From positions 23,126,001-23,190,000 of the forward strand of contig OZ249437.1 in assembly GCA_965235115.1 (NCBI GenBank): 64,000 nt of DNA. The letters run 5' to 3'. This document shows positions 63,480 through 64,000 of this stretch, in pieces; within the stretch, counting starts at the first letter, position 1; every line of letters starts with the position of its first letter. A program made the position numbers and the translations under genes. The notes under the pieces are model-generated. The model was not told where the DNA came from, made no database searches, and saw only the letters and a program-made list of their open reading frames with translations. Source of the DNA: Laetmonice hystrix (lineage: Eukaryota).

Positions 63480-63670
63480 ACACTGAACAAAACCAGCATG
63501 CCGGTGTAATGGAAGGCAAGGAGCAATCATACTACACTGAACACCAGCATGCCGGTGTAATGGAAGGCAAGGAGCAATCATACTACACTGAACACCAGCA
63601 TGCCGGTGTAATGGAAGGCAAGGAGCAATCATACTACACTGAACACCAGCATGCCGGTGTAATGGAAGGC
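63480..63670. repeat. 51-bp unit, about 4 copies
   Basis: CCAGCATG anchors at 63493 and 63544. Confidence 0.92.
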
Positions 63671-64000
63671 AGGGAGGAGAGAAAAAACAAGGCACGAGGA
63701 CGGAGGAGAGGAGACAGGGGATTGCATGATGACAGCCCGGTAATTAACTCCAAGGTCCCCGGCAGGGGGCGCTCAATCCGCAGGCCTCACCAAACTCTAT
63801 TATAGGTGGCACGGAGATTAATAAGAACGAGTAAAAAAAGTGAACAAAATGGGTAGGAAAAACACCATCTGGCAAACATAAAAACGGTGCTGGGACAAAG
63901 TGACCAACAAGCTTATGATCGGCAGGTAGGATGGGAAAATCCCGAATTCATGTGATCTTAACAATGCCTTATAACAGACCACAGTGTGTTGCCCACACAA

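Noticed and set aside
742-63670. General enrichment of palindromes in minisatellite units
   Set aside because: Most are 6-bp palindromes, expected about once per 64 bp; only the 57-bp unit's 10-bp stem stands out.
63437-63805. 17-aa repeat ORF (HQHAGVMEGKEQSYYTE)
   Set aside because: Explained by the 51-bp tandem repeat; no splice or homology support.

Overview
Eukaryotic (metazoan, probably invertebrate; species not identifiable) genomic window, largely intron-like, with one 147-N assembly gap. The dominant feature is a complete, very young Ty3/Gypsy LTR retrotransposon (49150-57864, + strand): 786-bp LTRs identical by eye, a 4-bp TSD (TATG), a tRNA-Ala-type PBS, gag with tandem zinc knuckles, and pol (PR-RT-RH-IN with a chromodomain-like tail). 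It has several unusual traits. gag and pol are in the same frame, separated by a single UGA followed by a stem-loop. The LTRs are TA...CA rather than TG...CA. A consensus splice donor lies inside the LTR and a strong acceptor lies just before a small, frameshift-split membrane-protein ORF downstream of pol. Outside the element there is one convincing host exon, the catalytic loop of a Ser/Thr kinase (HUNK-like, - strand, 15020-15078), whose neighbouring exons I could not find. There is also a 1478-bp non-autonomous DNA transposon with 13-bp TIRs and a 6-bp TSD, five copies of a tRNA-derived SINE interleaved with a hairpin minisatellite, and about 35 unrelated minisatellite arrays (roughly 22 kb by hand tally). 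Almost all long ORFs in the ORF track outside the retrotransposon are repeat artefacts. No novel system is proven; the best candidate is the retrotransposon's expression strategy (readthrough plus a spliced small membrane protein).
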